Positions 36,571-46,806 of a DNA stretch of 64,000 nucleotides are shown here, one piece after another (the stretch's first letter is position 1; each line of letters opens with the position of its first letter). The DNA lies in the NCBI GenBank assembly GCA_903831045.1, contig CAIKWG010000003.1:415-64414 (forward strand), in the 5' to 3' direction. Position numbers and translations under genes: made by a program. This DNA is from an uncultured archaeon. GTDB taxonomy: Archaea > Nanobdellota > Nanobdellia > Pacearchaeales > GW2011-AR1. Under the pieces are notes generated by a model. It was not told where the DNA came from and did not search any database. It was given only the letters and a program-made list of their open reading frames with translations.

Positions 36571-37917
36571 ATGGAAATATGTACAGTTGGCGGTTTTGAA
36601 GAAGTTGGAAAAAATATGACTGCCGTTAAAGTAGGGGAGGATGTTTTCTTGTTTGATGCTGGTCTTTATTTGCCCGGAGTAATTGAATTGCAAGATAGAT
36701 TAGAAGAAAATTCATATAATGAGAAAAACCTACGAAGAGTGGGAGGAATCCCAAATGATAAGGTTCTTGATGAACTAGGCTGGTCTAGTAAGGTAAGAGC
36801 AATTTTTATCAGCCATGCCCATCTAGATCATGTTGGAGGAGCACCCTATGTTGCACATAGATACCCCAATGCTACAATTTTTGGAACTCCGTTTACAATG
36901 GAAGTTTTAAGATCTCTTCTAGATGATGAAAGCATCTCAATTCCGAACAAAATAAAAATTGTACAACCAGATTCTATTAGCAAGATTGAAGGAGCAAATC
37001 CAAATATAAAAGTTGAATTTGTTCATACTACTCATTCCACAATTGATTGTACTTTTGTTGCATTGCATACTCCAGAAGGAATATTTTTCTATGGGTTAGA
37101 CATGAAATTCGATAATCATCCTACTCTTGGAAGGCCTCCAAATTATAAAAGATTAAAAGAATTAGGAGAAATGGGAGTGAAGTTGGCAGTAGTGGATTCT
37201 CTATATGCAAGTACAGAAAGAAAACCTGGTGGAGAAAAAGTTGCTTTGCATCTTTTAGAAGAAGCATTTTCAAGAGTTGAAAATAAAAACGGAGCGTTTT
37301 TTATAACTACTTTTTCTTCTCATATTGAAAGATTAAACAATATTGTCAATCTTGGAATGCGAACAAATAGGGAAATTGTTTTTCTAGGAAGAAGTTTAAA
37401 TAAATATGTTCAAGCAGCAATAAGAGTTGGCAAATGTCCTTTTAAAGATAAAATAAAAATTTTAAGATATCGAAGACAGATTAATTCTTTTTTAACTAGA
37501 TTGCAAAAAGATAGAGGTAAATATTTAATAGTCTGTACTGGACATCAGGGTGAAAAAGATTCAATGTTAGATAGAATCTCTAAAGGAACAACTGAATTTC
37601 AATTTAAAGAGGGGGATAATTTAATATTTTCATCAAGCGTTATTCCAACAGGAATTAATATTGAATCACGAGAAAAATTAGATACAAAACTGAGAAAAGC
37701 AGGAGTTAAACTTCAGATAGATGTTCATGTGCATGGTCATGGAAGTAGAGAAGATCTAAGAGAATTTTTAACACTTATTAAACCTCAAAATGTAATCCCA
37801 GCGCATGGAACTGTTGAGCAAGAGCAACCTTTTATCGACCTTGCTAAAGAATTTAACTACAAATTTGAAAAGACTTCATTTCTAGCTAAAAATGGACAAG
37901 TTTTCACATTCCAATAA
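36571..37917 (+). CDS. rnj: Archaeal RNase J (beta-CASP metallo-beta-lactamase ribonuclease)
   Basis: MEICTVGGFEEVGKNMTAV, and HAHLDHVGG (HxHxDH). About 448 aa with no KH domains. The start is taken at the internal ATG and not at the track's alternative start at 36496. Confidence 0.75.
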   Translation: MEICTVGGFEEVGKNMTAVKVGEDVFLFDAGLYLPGVIELQDRLEENSYNEKNLRRVGGIPNDKVLDELGWSSKVRAIFISHAHLDHVGGAPYVAHRYPNATIFGTPFTMEVLRSLLDDESISIPNKIKIVQPDSISKIEGANPNIKVEFVHTTHSTIDCTFVALHTPEGIFFYGLDMKFDNHPTLGRPPNYKRLKELGEMGVKLAVVDSLYASTERKPGGEKVALHLLEEAFSRVENKNGAFFITTFSSHIERLNNIVNLGMRTNREIVFLGRSLNKYVQAAIRVGKCPFKDKIKILRYRRQINSFLTRLQKDRGKYLIVCTGHQGEKDSMLDRISKGTTEFQFKEGDNLIFSSSVIPTGINIESREKLDTKLRKAGVKLQIDVHVHGHGSREDLREFLTLIKPQNVIPAHGTVEQEQPFIDLAKEFNYKFEKTSFLAKNGQVFTFQ

Positions 37918-37949
37918 ATCTTTTTAAACATGCTTTACTTCAAAATAAC

Positions 37950-38468
37950 ATGCCAGAAATAAAAGAAGATGATTTCCTAATTGAAAATCAAGATTTAATC
38001 GGGGCAATAAATGCCTCTCTTGCAAGAGGAGAAACACTAAAGGATGCAATGATGGCCTTGTATAATTCTGGTTATGAAAAGACTAAAATTGAAGAAGCTG
38101 CAAAAGCCTACATTGCTCTTAGCAAAAATCCGGATAAATCTAACGAACTGAAGACTGCAATTTCTGCTACACCAATAAAAAATGAAATTAAAAAAGAAAA
38201 AGTAAAAAAAGTTGGTATTCTGGATAAAGCCTTGGCTGCAAGAGCAGTTTCATCTGGAGCAATCACTGGAGGAGGAGCAACTTCAGAAGTTACTCAGCAT
38301 GTTTCACAATATGAAGCTAAACAAAAAGCAAAGCCTAAGGTTCAAAATAATTCTAACCTTGTAACTTTTTTACTTATTTTCCTTTTAGTATTTTTATTAT
38401 TAATACTTGGTGCTGTTTTCTTGTTTAAGGAGGAACTAGTAGATTTTTTTAACAGACTTTTCGCCTAA
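37950..38468 (+). CDS. Tail-anchored hypothetical protein
   Basis: 172 aa with a C-terminal TM (LVTFLLIFLLVFLLLILGAVFLF). Confidence 0.45.
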   Translation: MPEIKEDDFLIENQDLIGAINASLARGETLKDAMMALYNSGYEKTKIEEAAKAYIALSKNPDKSNELKTAISATPIKNEIKKEKVKKVGILDKALAARAVSSGAITGGGATSEVTQHVSQYEAKQKAKPKVQNNSNLVTFLLIFLLVFLLLILGAVFLFKEELVDFFNRLFA

Positions 38469-38469
38469 A

Positions 38470-39012
38470 ATGTCGCTAATATATGAGCCTGCTGAAGACT
38501 CTTACTTGCTATCTGAAACTTTGGAAAAAGAAGTTCCAACTCTTTTAGAGGAAAATTCTGAATTAAAAGTTCTAGAAATTGGAAGTGGATCTGGATTTCA
38601 ATTAAAGACTCTTCTGCATCTTGGAGTAAAACAAGAAAATATTTTTGGCTGTGATATTAATCCAGATGCAATTCTTCACTGTCAAAATCTAGGATTTAAT
38701 GTAATTGAATCAGATTTGTTTTCTAAAATAGATGGAAAGTTTGATTTAATAATTTTTAATCCTCCATACCTACCATTAGAAAAAAATGAAGATGAAGAAT
38801 CACAACTAGCTACAACCAGTGGAATAAAAGGTTCAAAATTAATTAATAAATTTTTGAAGAAAGCAGCTTCTTTTCTGAATCCAAATGGAGAGATAATTAT
38901 TCTAACTTCCTCATTGACCAAGGGAATAAAATGGAGAGACTATAAGAAAGAACTTCTCACAACAAAAAAACTATTCTTCGAAGGCTTAGAAGTTTGGAGA
39001 GTAAAGCTTTAG
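38470..39012 (+). CDS. HemK/Mtq2-like N5-glutamine methyltransferase
   Basis: SAM motif LEIGSGSG and catalytic IIFNPPYLP (NPPY). Confidence 0.75.
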   Translation: MSLIYEPAEDSYLLSETLEKEVPTLLEENSELKVLEIGSGSGFQLKTLLHLGVKQENIFGCDINPDAILHCQNLGFNVIESDLFSKIDGKFDLIIFNPPYLPLEKNEDEESQLATTSGIKGSKLINKFLKKAASFLNPNGEIIILTSSLTKGIKWRDYKKELLTTKKLFFEGLEVWRVKL

Positions 39013-39222
39013 TTTTTCATCAATACTAAAGATATATTCTTCTTCATCGTTTAATATGAGGTGATAATATCCGTGGGCTTTTCCTTGTATTAATATTCCT
39101 TCAAATTTTTCATCTTTTTCGTTTTCTAGAATTATTTTCTTATCAAGATATCCTTTTATAACTTGTATTCTTGAAGCATGTTTATCAGGTAATTCAATTT
39201 CAAATTTATTTTCAATTCCCAT
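38986..39222 (-). CDS. Hypothetical protein
   Basis: 78-aa ORF. Convergent 27-nt overlap with the methyltransferase gene. Confidence 0.3.
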   Translation of the reverse strand: MGIENKFEIELPDKHASRIQVIKGYLDKKIILENEKDEKFEGILIQGKAHGYYHLILNDEEEYIFSIDEKLKLYSPNF

Positions 39223-39274
39223 AAAAAATTTATTCTAAAGATATATTTAAGGTTTTATTTTTTGAAGTATATAG

Positions 39275-40072
39275 TTATTTTATCTTCTCTTCAAAAGTAG
39301 CCTTCTTTTCAACATAAAAAACTCCAAGAGGAATCCTGGTCTTAGGAGCTAATTTGTTATAATCAAATTCTCTAGCTCTTTTTATTGCTGAATCCAAATT
39401 TTTTGGATTGTGCTTTTTATCTTTCAGAAAATAAGTGTGCTTTTTGTAATTCACATCTGGATGAAAAATGATGCATGGTTGAATTATTTCAATAAATTTA
39501 AATCCTCTGTGCTTACTTGCTTCTTTTAGCACATCTTCTATTTGTTTTACGTCAGCAAAAACTCTTGCAACAAAGCTTGCTCTAAGAGAAATCATTAATT
39601 CGATTGGATTTAATGGAGGGTTTGCCACCCCTCTTGGAGTTGTTTTATCTGCAAAACCAATTTCTGTAACTGCAGTTGGTTGTCCAACAGTCAAAGCAAA
39701 CACCTGATTATTATGCACTATAAAAGTCATATCCACATTATATCTTGCAGCATGAATCAGATGTTCAATTCCTTCGCAATAGGCATCTCCATCTCCAGCA
39801 AAACCAAAAATATTAAGCTTAGGATTTCCAACCTTCATTCCCAATGCAGTGGGTAATCCTCTTCCATGAAGACTATTAATTCCATTTAGATTGACATAAT
39901 CATAAATTTTTGCATGGCATCCAATTCCTGTAACCATAGCAAAATCATCTTTCCTCTTCCCTCTTTTAATTTCCTTTTCAATATGATTTTTGAAAGCTGC
40001 AAAAATTTGAAAGTTATAGCATCCCGGACACCAAGTTGGTTTTATAGTTGTTGATAAGTTTGGAGTTGTCAT
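39275..40072 (-). CDS. 2-oxoacid:ferredoxin oxidoreductase beta subunit (TPP-binding)
   Basis: WCPGCYNF, GIGCH, and GFAGDGDAYCEGIEHLIHAARYNVDMTFIVHNNQVFALTVGQ. Confidence 0.85.
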   Translation of the reverse strand: MTTPNLSTTIKPTWCPGCYNFQIFAAFKNHIEKEIKRGKRKDDFAMVTGIGCHAKIYDYVNLNGINSLHGRGLPTALGMKVGNPKLNIFGFAGDGDAYCEGIEHLIHAARYNVDMTFIVHNNQVFALTVGQPTAVTEIGFADKTTPRGVANPPLNPIELMISLRASFVARVFADVKQIEDVLKEASKHRGFKFIEIIQPCIIFHPDVNYKKHTYFLKDKKHNPKNLDSAIKRAREFDYNKLAPKTRIPLGVFYVEKKATFEEKIK

Positions 40073-40073
40073 T

Positions 40074-40628
40074 TTATTTTATCACCTTCAGTATTTCAGG
40101 AATTTTATCTATTGAATCAAAATGCCCTTGTTTCTTTTTAATTATTATTTTTGCTCCTAGCTTGTCTTTGAATTTTTTTGATTCATCAATATGTACTACT
40201 GGATCATCGTCTGAAAATATTGCAGTAAAATTGTCTGTATGCCTCTTAATTCTTGCAAAGTCAATCTTAGTGTTTATCCAAGGGTGTGCGATTGCAATTT
40301 CTGCTGGATTGAGATTCATTAAATCAAACCATCCTGCAACAAAAACGCAACCTCCAATATTTTTTTGTTTTGGAAGTTTTTCTAAAAATCTCATTATTGT
40401 TTGACATCCAATGCTATGGCCCACAAAATATGTTTCTTCATCAAGTGAATCTGTAGGAATGTTCTTTTCCATATATTTAACCCACTCTTCAATCTTTGGA
40501 TTATTTGTATCTGGCATATCAAAGATGTAAACAGTTATATCTTTTCTTGCTAATTCTTCTTTCAGCCAATTATACCATTCACCCTCGGAATCTCCTCCCC
40601 AACAATGAATCAGATATACTTTTTTCAT
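40074..40628 (-). CDS. Alpha/beta serine hydrolase (YdeN/RBBP9-like)
   Basis: 184 aa. Nucleophile elbow GHSIGC. A later DDPVV and a terminal GHF complete the likely triad. Confidence 0.6.
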   Translation of the reverse strand: MKKVYLIHCWGGDSEGEWYNWLKEELARKDITVYIFDMPDTNNPKIEEWVKYMEKNIPTDSLDEETYFVGHSIGCQTIMRFLEKLPKQKNIGGCVFVAGWFDLMNLNPAEIAIAHPWINTKIDFARIKRHTDNFTAIFSDDDPVVHIDESKKFKDKLGAKIIIKKKQGHFDSIDKIPEILKVIK

Positions 40629-41239
40629 TTTTTCATTTCCTCTTCTTTTAATTTTTTTATTTTATTTTTCAAATGTTTTTTTAATTTTGGTAAATTTTTT
40701 TCCCAATCCTCTTTTAATAATCCATAAAGATTTGAATCATATATCTTCTTATCTGCTCTTCCAATAAGTTCTTTTTTTAAAACTCCCTCAAGCTTATATC
40801 CTATTGCTCTCTGAGTTGCATTTGAAGCTTTATTTAAAGTGACAACTCCAGATTTTAATTTTCTTAGTTTCAATTTATTGAATGCAAATTCATTTGCTGC
40901 TATCTTTGCTTCAGTCATATAACCTCTTCTCTGATATTTTTTACTAATCCAAGAACCAGTTTTAGCAGTTTTGTCTATTTTCCTTATACTTTCTATAGAC
41001 ATGCCCCCGATAACTTTCTTTTCAGATTTTAGTTCAATAACAAAACTATGCCCTTGTTTATCTTTTTCTTTAGACTCTTTTATTTTTTTATTTATCCATT
41101 CAAAAGCATTTTTTTGTTTATATGGAAATGGAACGTTCATGTATATTGCAATTTCTCTGTTGTTCAATCCTTCAACAAGGTCTTTCCAATCACTAATTTT
41201 TGGTTCTCTTAAAATTAATCTTTCAGTTTCTAATCTCAT
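40625..41239 (-). CDS. GNAT family N-acetyltransferase (RimJ/RimL-like)
   Basis: LETERLILREPKISDW start. RRGYMTEA acetyl-CoA loop region. Confidence 0.7.
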   Translation of the reverse strand: MRLETERLILREPKISDWKDLVEGLNNREIAIYMNVPFPYKQKNAFEWINKKIKESKEKDKQGHSFVIELKSEKKVIGGMSIESIRKIDKTAKTGSWISKKYQRRGYMTEAKIAANEFAFNKLKLRKLKSGVVTLNKASNATQRAIGYKLEGVLKKELIGRADKKIYDSNLYGLLKEDWEKNLPKLKKHLKNKIKKLKEEEMKK

Positions 41240-42723
41240 TTTATTCTTCTCCCTATTTCTTCCTTTAATTCATCGGATAAAAAAGGTCTTCCGTCAAATC
41301 TAAGAATTTTATTTTTATCTTCAATTGTGATGCCAGTTTTCTCTTTTACCAATCCTGCAAGTTGAGCAGTTGAATTATTTTCAATTAAAATTATATTTTT
41401 TCCCTTGATTAAGTTCTCAACTTCTTCTGCAAAGGGTTCAATCCAAATTACTTGTAAAGCACAAACGTCCAGTCCATTAATTGAATCCAGAACTGCTCCT
41501 TTTGTTGAACCCCAGAAAAGAAGGATATTCTGTGAACTTTTATTTCCATAAATTTTTATTCTTTCAAATTTCTTACTTTCTTCAATAATGATTTTTCTTT
41601 TTTCTAATCTTGCCAAAACATTTTTTCTAATCTGCTCAGCATCTTCTGTTGCACAACCCTGTGCATCCGTTTCATAACTATTAAATCTTCTAAGAGAAGT
41701 TGATTTGGCTGATTTGATTAGGATTGGTTCTCCTTCAGAACAGTAAAAACTTTCTGCAATATGTTTATCTCCCAGAAGAATTGCCGGGATTTTAAATTTT
41801 TGAGAAAAATAAAAACACTGATTTGCCGCTTCGGATGATTCTTTAGCATCTCCAGGAGCAACTACTATTCTGCTAAACTCTCCATGTCCAGAATGTCTTG
41901 CAAGATTCAAGTCTCCTTGACCAGTATAGGTTGCAACTCCTGTAGCGGGCCCAGGACGTTGAGATAAATAAATAACGAGAGGAATCTCTGCAATTCCAGT
42001 TAAACTCAATGCTTCGGTCATTAGATCAAATCCTCCTCCGGACGTTCCAATCATTGTCTTTGCTCCAACAATTGAAGAGCCGATTCCCGCATTAATTACT
42101 GCAATCTCATTTTCCAGTTCAATTGTTTTAATTTTTTCAACCATCGCTAGTTGATCCAAAATTGGAGTTGCAGGAGTCATAGGATAGGCATAGTAAACTT
42201 CAAGTCCAGAATTCACGGCGCCATTGGCAATTCCTTGATTTCCATTATAGAATTTTTTGTCATTTTCTTTAATTTCGGGTAAATTAATTTTTAATTCTTC
42301 ATCTCCATAGCCTTTTCTAGCATCTTTAACATTTTCTTCAAATTTTTTTTCAAGCTTTTTTAATTTCTTTTCTAAAATCTTAAATTCAAAATTAAATATC
42401 TTAAAAATACTTCCAGCAAAATACATGTTTGAATAATCTCCTTTCAAAATTTTTCCATTTTCTTTTAGCTTTTTGCCATGTAGGAGTTCAGTATTTTTAT
42501 CTAATGCTACAATTAAATCATAGGAAGATTCATTACTCATAACTGGTTTGTCAGAAAAAGTAAGCACATTGAAATTATGCCCGCCACGAATTAAACTTTG
42601 GTAATCTCTTGAATAAAAAACATAAAAGCCTCTTTCAATAAGAGCTTCTGCAAGCATTGAAGTTAGAATGTTTGGTCCCTGTCCTGCTTGTCCTCCAAAA
42701 AGAATATTGTATTTCATTGACAC
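41236..42723 (-). CDS. 2-oxoacid:ferredoxin oxidoreductase alpha subunit (gamma-alpha fusion type)
   Basis: N-terminal gamma-like GGQAGQGPNILTSMLAEAL. The central region ..YAYPMTPATPIL.. matches the alpha domain. Confidence 0.8.
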   Translation of the reverse strand: MSMKYNILFGGQAGQGPNILTSMLAEALIERGFYVFYSRDYQSLIRGGHNFNVLTFSDKPVMSNESSYDLIVALDKNTELLHGKKLKENGKILKGDYSNMYFAGSIFKIFNFEFKILEKKLKKLEKKFEENVKDARKGYGDEELKINLPEIKENDKKFYNGNQGIANGAVNSGLEVYYAYPMTPATPILDQLAMVEKIKTIELENEIAVINAGIGSSIVGAKTMIGTSGGGFDLMTEALSLTGIAEIPLVIYLSQRPGPATGVATYTGQGDLNLARHSGHGEFSRIVVAPGDAKESSEAANQCFYFSQKFKIPAILLGDKHIAESFYCSEGEPILIKSAKSTSLRRFNSYETDAQGCATEDAEQIRKNVLARLEKRKIIIEESKKFERIKIYGNKSSQNILLFWGSTKGAVLDSINGLDVCALQVIWIEPFAEEVENLIKGKNIILIENNSTAQLAGLVKEKTGITIEDKNKILRFDGRPFLSDELKEEIGRRIK

Positions 42724-42841
42724 CTCAATTTTCTTAGCAAATTGGATATTATAAAGTTTTTTAAGTTAAGAATTACTAGACAAATCACTACAAATATTCT
42801 TATATAGTCTGTATATTTCAAAAAATTAAGGGGAATAGAAA

Positions 42842-44008
42842 ATGGTGAAGTTCGCACATATGGCAGATATCCATCTTGGAGGATGGAGGCAAGAGGCATT
42901 GCAAAAACTAAATTTTCAATCTTTTCAAAAAGCAATTCAAATTTGTATAGATAAAAAGGTGGATTTTGTATTAATAGCAGGAGATTTGTTTGATTCAGCC
43001 TATCCTCCCATTGAAATTCTCAAGGAAACTTTTGCAGAATTTAAGAAGCTCCATGAAGCTAGAATTCCAGTTTTCCTTATTGCAGGTTCTCATGATTATT
43101 CTGTTTCTGGTAAAACATTTCTGGACGTTCTAGAAAAAGCAGGCTTTTGTAAAAATGTTTTTAATGCTGAGATTAAAGAAAATGAAATCTTGCTTCATCC
43201 AACAATATTCCAAGGAATGGCAATATATGGCTATCCTGGAAAAAAGTCTGGACTAGAAATAGATGAACTAAGGAGACTTAAATTAGAAGAAACTCCTGGC
43301 TTATTCAAAATACTAATGCTTCACACAACCATTGACAAGGCAAAAGGAATGCTCCCAATTGATTCTATAGAAGTAGACAAACTTCCAAGGGCAGATTACT
43401 ATGCTCTGGGGCATCTTCATGTAGATTTTAAGTATCAAAACTTTGTTTATTCCGGTCCAATTTTTCCAAATAATTTTCAAGAATTAGAAGCTCTTGGCAA
43501 TGGAACTTTTTATCTTGTTGATCCTTCAGAAGATCAACCTTTAGAAAAAGTAAGTCTCAAGCTAAAGGAATTAGAATCAATTCATATTGTAATAAGAAAT
43601 GCTCATATTGCAACAGATAGTATAATTGAAGAATTAAAAAAAAGAGACCTTAAAGATAAAATTGTTCTACTAAGATTGGAAGGAGAATTAAATGACCAAC
43701 AGCCTGCGGATATTAAGTTTCAAAAAATAGAAGATTTTGCATACGAGAAAGGAGCATATTTTGTTCTGAGAAATACTCATGATTTAAAATCTAAAGAATC
43801 AGAATTTGATTTGGAAGTTCATGATTCAGAAGATTTGGAAGAAGAAACAATTAAAAATTATTCAACAGAGAATCCCTCTAAATTTAATTCTCTAATTCCT
43901 AGACTAATTGATAATCTTTCAATAGAAAAACAAGAAGGAGAAACTGTTGATAGTTTTAATAAGAGACTTTTAGAAGAATCAAGTAAAATTTTGGGGTTTG
44001 AAAATTAA
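42842..44008 (+). CDS. mre11: DNA double-strand break repair nuclease Mre11
   Basis: Phosphoesterase motifs FAHMADIHLG, IAGDLFD, GSHD and GHLH. Confidence 0.85.
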   Translation: MVKFAHMADIHLGGWRQEALQKLNFQSFQKAIQICIDKKVDFVLIAGDLFDSAYPPIEILKETFAEFKKLHEARIPVFLIAGSHDYSVSGKTFLDVLEKAGFCKNVFNAEIKENEILLHPTIFQGMAIYGYPGKKSGLEIDELRRLKLEETPGLFKILMLHTTIDKAKGMLPIDSIEVDKLPRADYYALGHLHVDFKYQNFVYSGPIFPNNFQELEALGNGTFYLVDPSEDQPLEKVSLKLKELESIHIVIRNAHIATDSIIEELKKRDLKDKIVLLRLEGELNDQQPADIKFQKIEDFAYEKGAYFVLRNTHDLKSKESEFDLEVHDSEDLEEETIKNYSTENPSKFNSLIPRLIDNLSIEKQEGETVDSFNKRLLEESSKILGFEN

Positions 44009-46057
44009 ATGATACTAAAAAAAGTTGTTTTGGATAATATAAGAAGTTACATTCACGAAGAAGTGAATTTCAGTATAGGTTCAACTTTACTTGCAGGAGA
44101 CATTGGTTGTGGAAAAACATCAATTCTTCTTGCAATTGAATTTGCTCTCTTCGGCTTGCAACCTGGACAAAGAGGTTCTTATCTTTTAAGAAATGGAGCC
44201 GATGAAGGAGGAGTAAAGTTAGAATTTTTAGTAGACGGAAAAGAAATAATTGTTGAAAGAACTCTGAAAAAAGGAAAAACCATTTCTCAGGATTATTCTG
44301 CAATAACAATCGATGGAGAAAAACAAGAACTTGCAGTAACGGAACTTAAAAATAGAGTTCTAGAAATTTTGAATTATCCTAGAGAATTTGCAAAAAAACA
44401 AAACCTGCTTTACAAATTTACAGTTTATACTCCACAAGAAGAAATGAAACAGATAATCCTTGAAGATCCAGAAACACGAGTTAATACTCTGAGGCATGTT
44501 TTTGGAATTGATAAGTATAAAAAAATTATGGAAAATGTTGCTCTCGTTAGATTAAAGCTAAGAGAAGAAAAAAGAATGATGGAAGGGATAACAATGAATC
44601 TTGAAGAAGACAAACTTTTAATTGAAAAAAAGCAAAAAGATGTGGAAGACATGAAATCCGCACTGGTTCTTTTAACTGGAGAGCTTTTAATTGAATCCGA
44701 AAAAAAACGTGAAAAAGAAAAAGCGGTTAAGGAAGTTCAAGAGAAGATAGACGAAAAAAGAAAACTTTCTGAAGAACTAGCCAAATCAAAGATAATGCTG
44801 ATGTCAAAAAAAGAAACTCTCTCTACCAACGAGAAAACACTTGAAGAACTCAGCCATGAAATTCAGGAATTTGAAAAACTTCAATTCAATCCTCTCAAAT
44901 TCCAAGAGATAGAAGATGAAATTTCTAAAATAAAAAAAGAAAAGGAAAAACTATCGGTCACCTCTCTTGATTTAAATTCAAAAATAGCTGCTATAAAATT
45001 CAAAATAGAAGAAAATTCTAAACTTAAAAATAAAATGTCTAATCTGGATGTTTGTCCAACTTGCCTGCAAAATGTCGACGCAGTTTATAGAGCAAATGTT
45101 TTAAATAAAACTCACAATGATATCAGTTCTCTTTCTAATCAAGTTCAAGCACTTGAAATAGAGAAGATTTCTTCCGTAGAAAAGACAAAAAAGATAGAAT
45201 TAGATTTGGATATAAAGCAAAGAGAACTGACCGAATTAAAAATATTAAAGATGAAATATGATGGAATTAAAGATAAGAGGGAGAAATATAGAAAATCCAA
45301 CACTCTAATTCAAGATTTAAGAAAAGATATTGCTCTTCTAAATAATCACAATAGATCTCTTAATGATTCAATAATGAGTCTTTCTAAATTTGATAGATTA
45401 TTTGAGGATAAAGAGACAGAACTTATGAACGCTCAAAGGCAAGAACGTCTGGCTGAAATTAAACTGGCTGAACTTAAGAAGGAAATAGAGTTCTTTTCAA
45501 GATTGATATTAGAGCTAAAAGATAAAATTAGGAAAGTTGAAGAAATAAAGAAAAAACTAACTCACATCTCGGAATTAGAAACCTGGTTGGGTACAAAATT
45601 TATTCCGGTTGTAGCTTTTATTGAAAATAATGTGATGAAAAAATTAAAATCTGAATTTTCTAAACTATTTTCTGAATGGTTTTCAATACTTGTACCCGAA
45701 TCATTTAATGTTCGGTTAAGCGATAACTTTACTCCAATTATTGAGCAGCAGGACTATGAAATAGATTATGCCTATCTTTCTGGAGGAGAAAGAACAGCCA
45801 TTGCCTTGGCCTATAGACTAGCTTTAACTCAAGTGATAAATTCTCTGATGTCTAGACTAAAAACACGTGATTTAGTGATACTGGATGAACCAACCGATGG
45901 TTTCTCAGAGCAACAATTGGATAAAATGAGAGAAGTTCTGGATCAGCTTAGAGTAAAGCAGTTAATCATTGTTTCTCATGAACAAAAGATAGAAAGTTTT
46001 GTAGAAAATGTGATTAGATTCAAAAAGCAACATGGAGAAAGTTACAGGGTTCAATAG
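44009..46057 (+). CDS. rad50: DNA double-strand break repair ATPase Rad50 (short coiled coil)
   Basis: Walker A GDIGCGKTS, zinc hook CPTC, signature LSGGERTAIALAYRLAL and Walker B LVILDEPT. It is 682 aa. Confidence 0.85.
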   Translation: MILKKVVLDNIRSYIHEEVNFSIGSTLLAGDIGCGKTSILLAIEFALFGLQPGQRGSYLLRNGADEGGVKLEFLVDGKEIIVERTLKKGKTISQDYSAITIDGEKQELAVTELKNRVLEILNYPREFAKKQNLLYKFTVYTPQEEMKQIILEDPETRVNTLRHVFGIDKYKKIMENVALVRLKLREEKRMMEGITMNLEEDKLLIEKKQKDVEDMKSALVLLTGELLIESEKKREKEKAVKEVQEKIDEKRKLSEELAKSKIMLMSKKETLSTNEKTLEELSHEIQEFEKLQFNPLKFQEIEDEISKIKKEKEKLSVTSLDLNSKIAAIKFKIEENSKLKNKMSNLDVCPTCLQNVDAVYRANVLNKTHNDISSLSNQVQALEIEKISSVEKTKKIELDLDIKQRELTELKILKMKYDGIKDKREKYRKSNTLIQDLRKDIALLNNHNRSLNDSIMSLSKFDRLFEDKETELMNAQRQERLAEIKLAELKKEIEFFSRLILELKDKIRKVEEIKKKLTHISELETWLGTKFIPVVAFIENNVMKKLKSEFSKLFSEWFSILVPESFNVRLSDNFTPIIEQQDYEIDYAYLSGGERTAIALAYRLALTQVINSLMSRLKTRDLVILDEPTDGFSEQQLDKMREVLDQLRVKQLIIVSHEQKIESFVENVIRFKKQHGESYRVQ

Positions 46058-46131
46058 GGATTTCTTCACCAAAAACTTTATAAAATATCTTTTTCTCTAA
46101 CTTCTGTATAAATTGTTCTAATGAATTAAAA

Positions 46132-46794
46132 ATGGACGAAGACATAAAGAAAAATATTCTAAAAACCGGAACTACTATTCTGGGAATTGTATGTAAGGAT
46201 GGAGTTGTAATAGCTGCAGATAGAAAGATGACTGTTGGCGGTTCAATTGTCATGGGTAAAAATGCAAGAAAAGTTTTTCCAGTTAATGACTATCTAATCA
46301 TTGCAGGAACAGGTATTGCTGCGGATATTGATAGAGTTCCAAAGATTCTAGCTGCTGAGCTCAAATTAAAAGAATTAAGATCAAAATCAAGACCAACAGT
46401 AAAAGAATCTGCTTCACTTTTAGCAAATATGAATTATTCTGGTATAAGACAACCTTCAATGATTCCTCAACAAGCAGGATTTCTACTTGCAGGATTAAAC
46501 GAAGATGGCTCTGCAGAATTATACACCGTTGAACCCGCAGGAAGTGCATTTTTAGTAGAAGATTATGATGCTAATTTTGGTTCAGGTATGCCCTATGTTC
46601 TAGGATATTTAGAAAGACAATATAAACAAGGAGTTTCAGTAAAAGAAGGAATTGAACTTGCTAAAGAAGCAATTAAATCTTCTAGTCAGAGAGATACTGC
46701 TTCAGGACATGGAATTGATTTATACACATTAACAAAAGAAGGAATCAAAAGGGTAGTTGCTCAAACAGTTGACTCTGTTTACAAAGATCAATAA
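46132..46794 (+). CDS. psmB: Proteasome beta subunit
   Basis: Short propeptide followed by the active-site G/TTILGIVCKDGVVIAADRK. Confidence 0.9.
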   Translation: MDEDIKKNILKTGTTILGIVCKDGVVIAADRKMTVGGSIVMGKNARKVFPVNDYLIIAGTGIAADIDRVPKILAAELKLKELRSKSRPTVKESASLLANMNYSGIRQPSMIPQQAGFLLAGLNEDGSAELYTVEPAGSAFLVEDYDANFGSGMPYVLGYLERQYKQGVSVKEGIELAKEAIKSSSQRDTASGHGIDLYTLTKEGIKRVVAQTVDSVYKDQ

Positions 46795-46806
46795 TTATAT
46801 TCTAAA

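Noticed and set aside
42714-42935. 73-aa minus-strand ORF spanning the OFOR-alpha/mre11 divergent promoter region
   Set aside because: It overlaps the start of both flanking genes and the intergenic promoter. Its composition is hydrophobic and low-complexity, so it is likely spurious.
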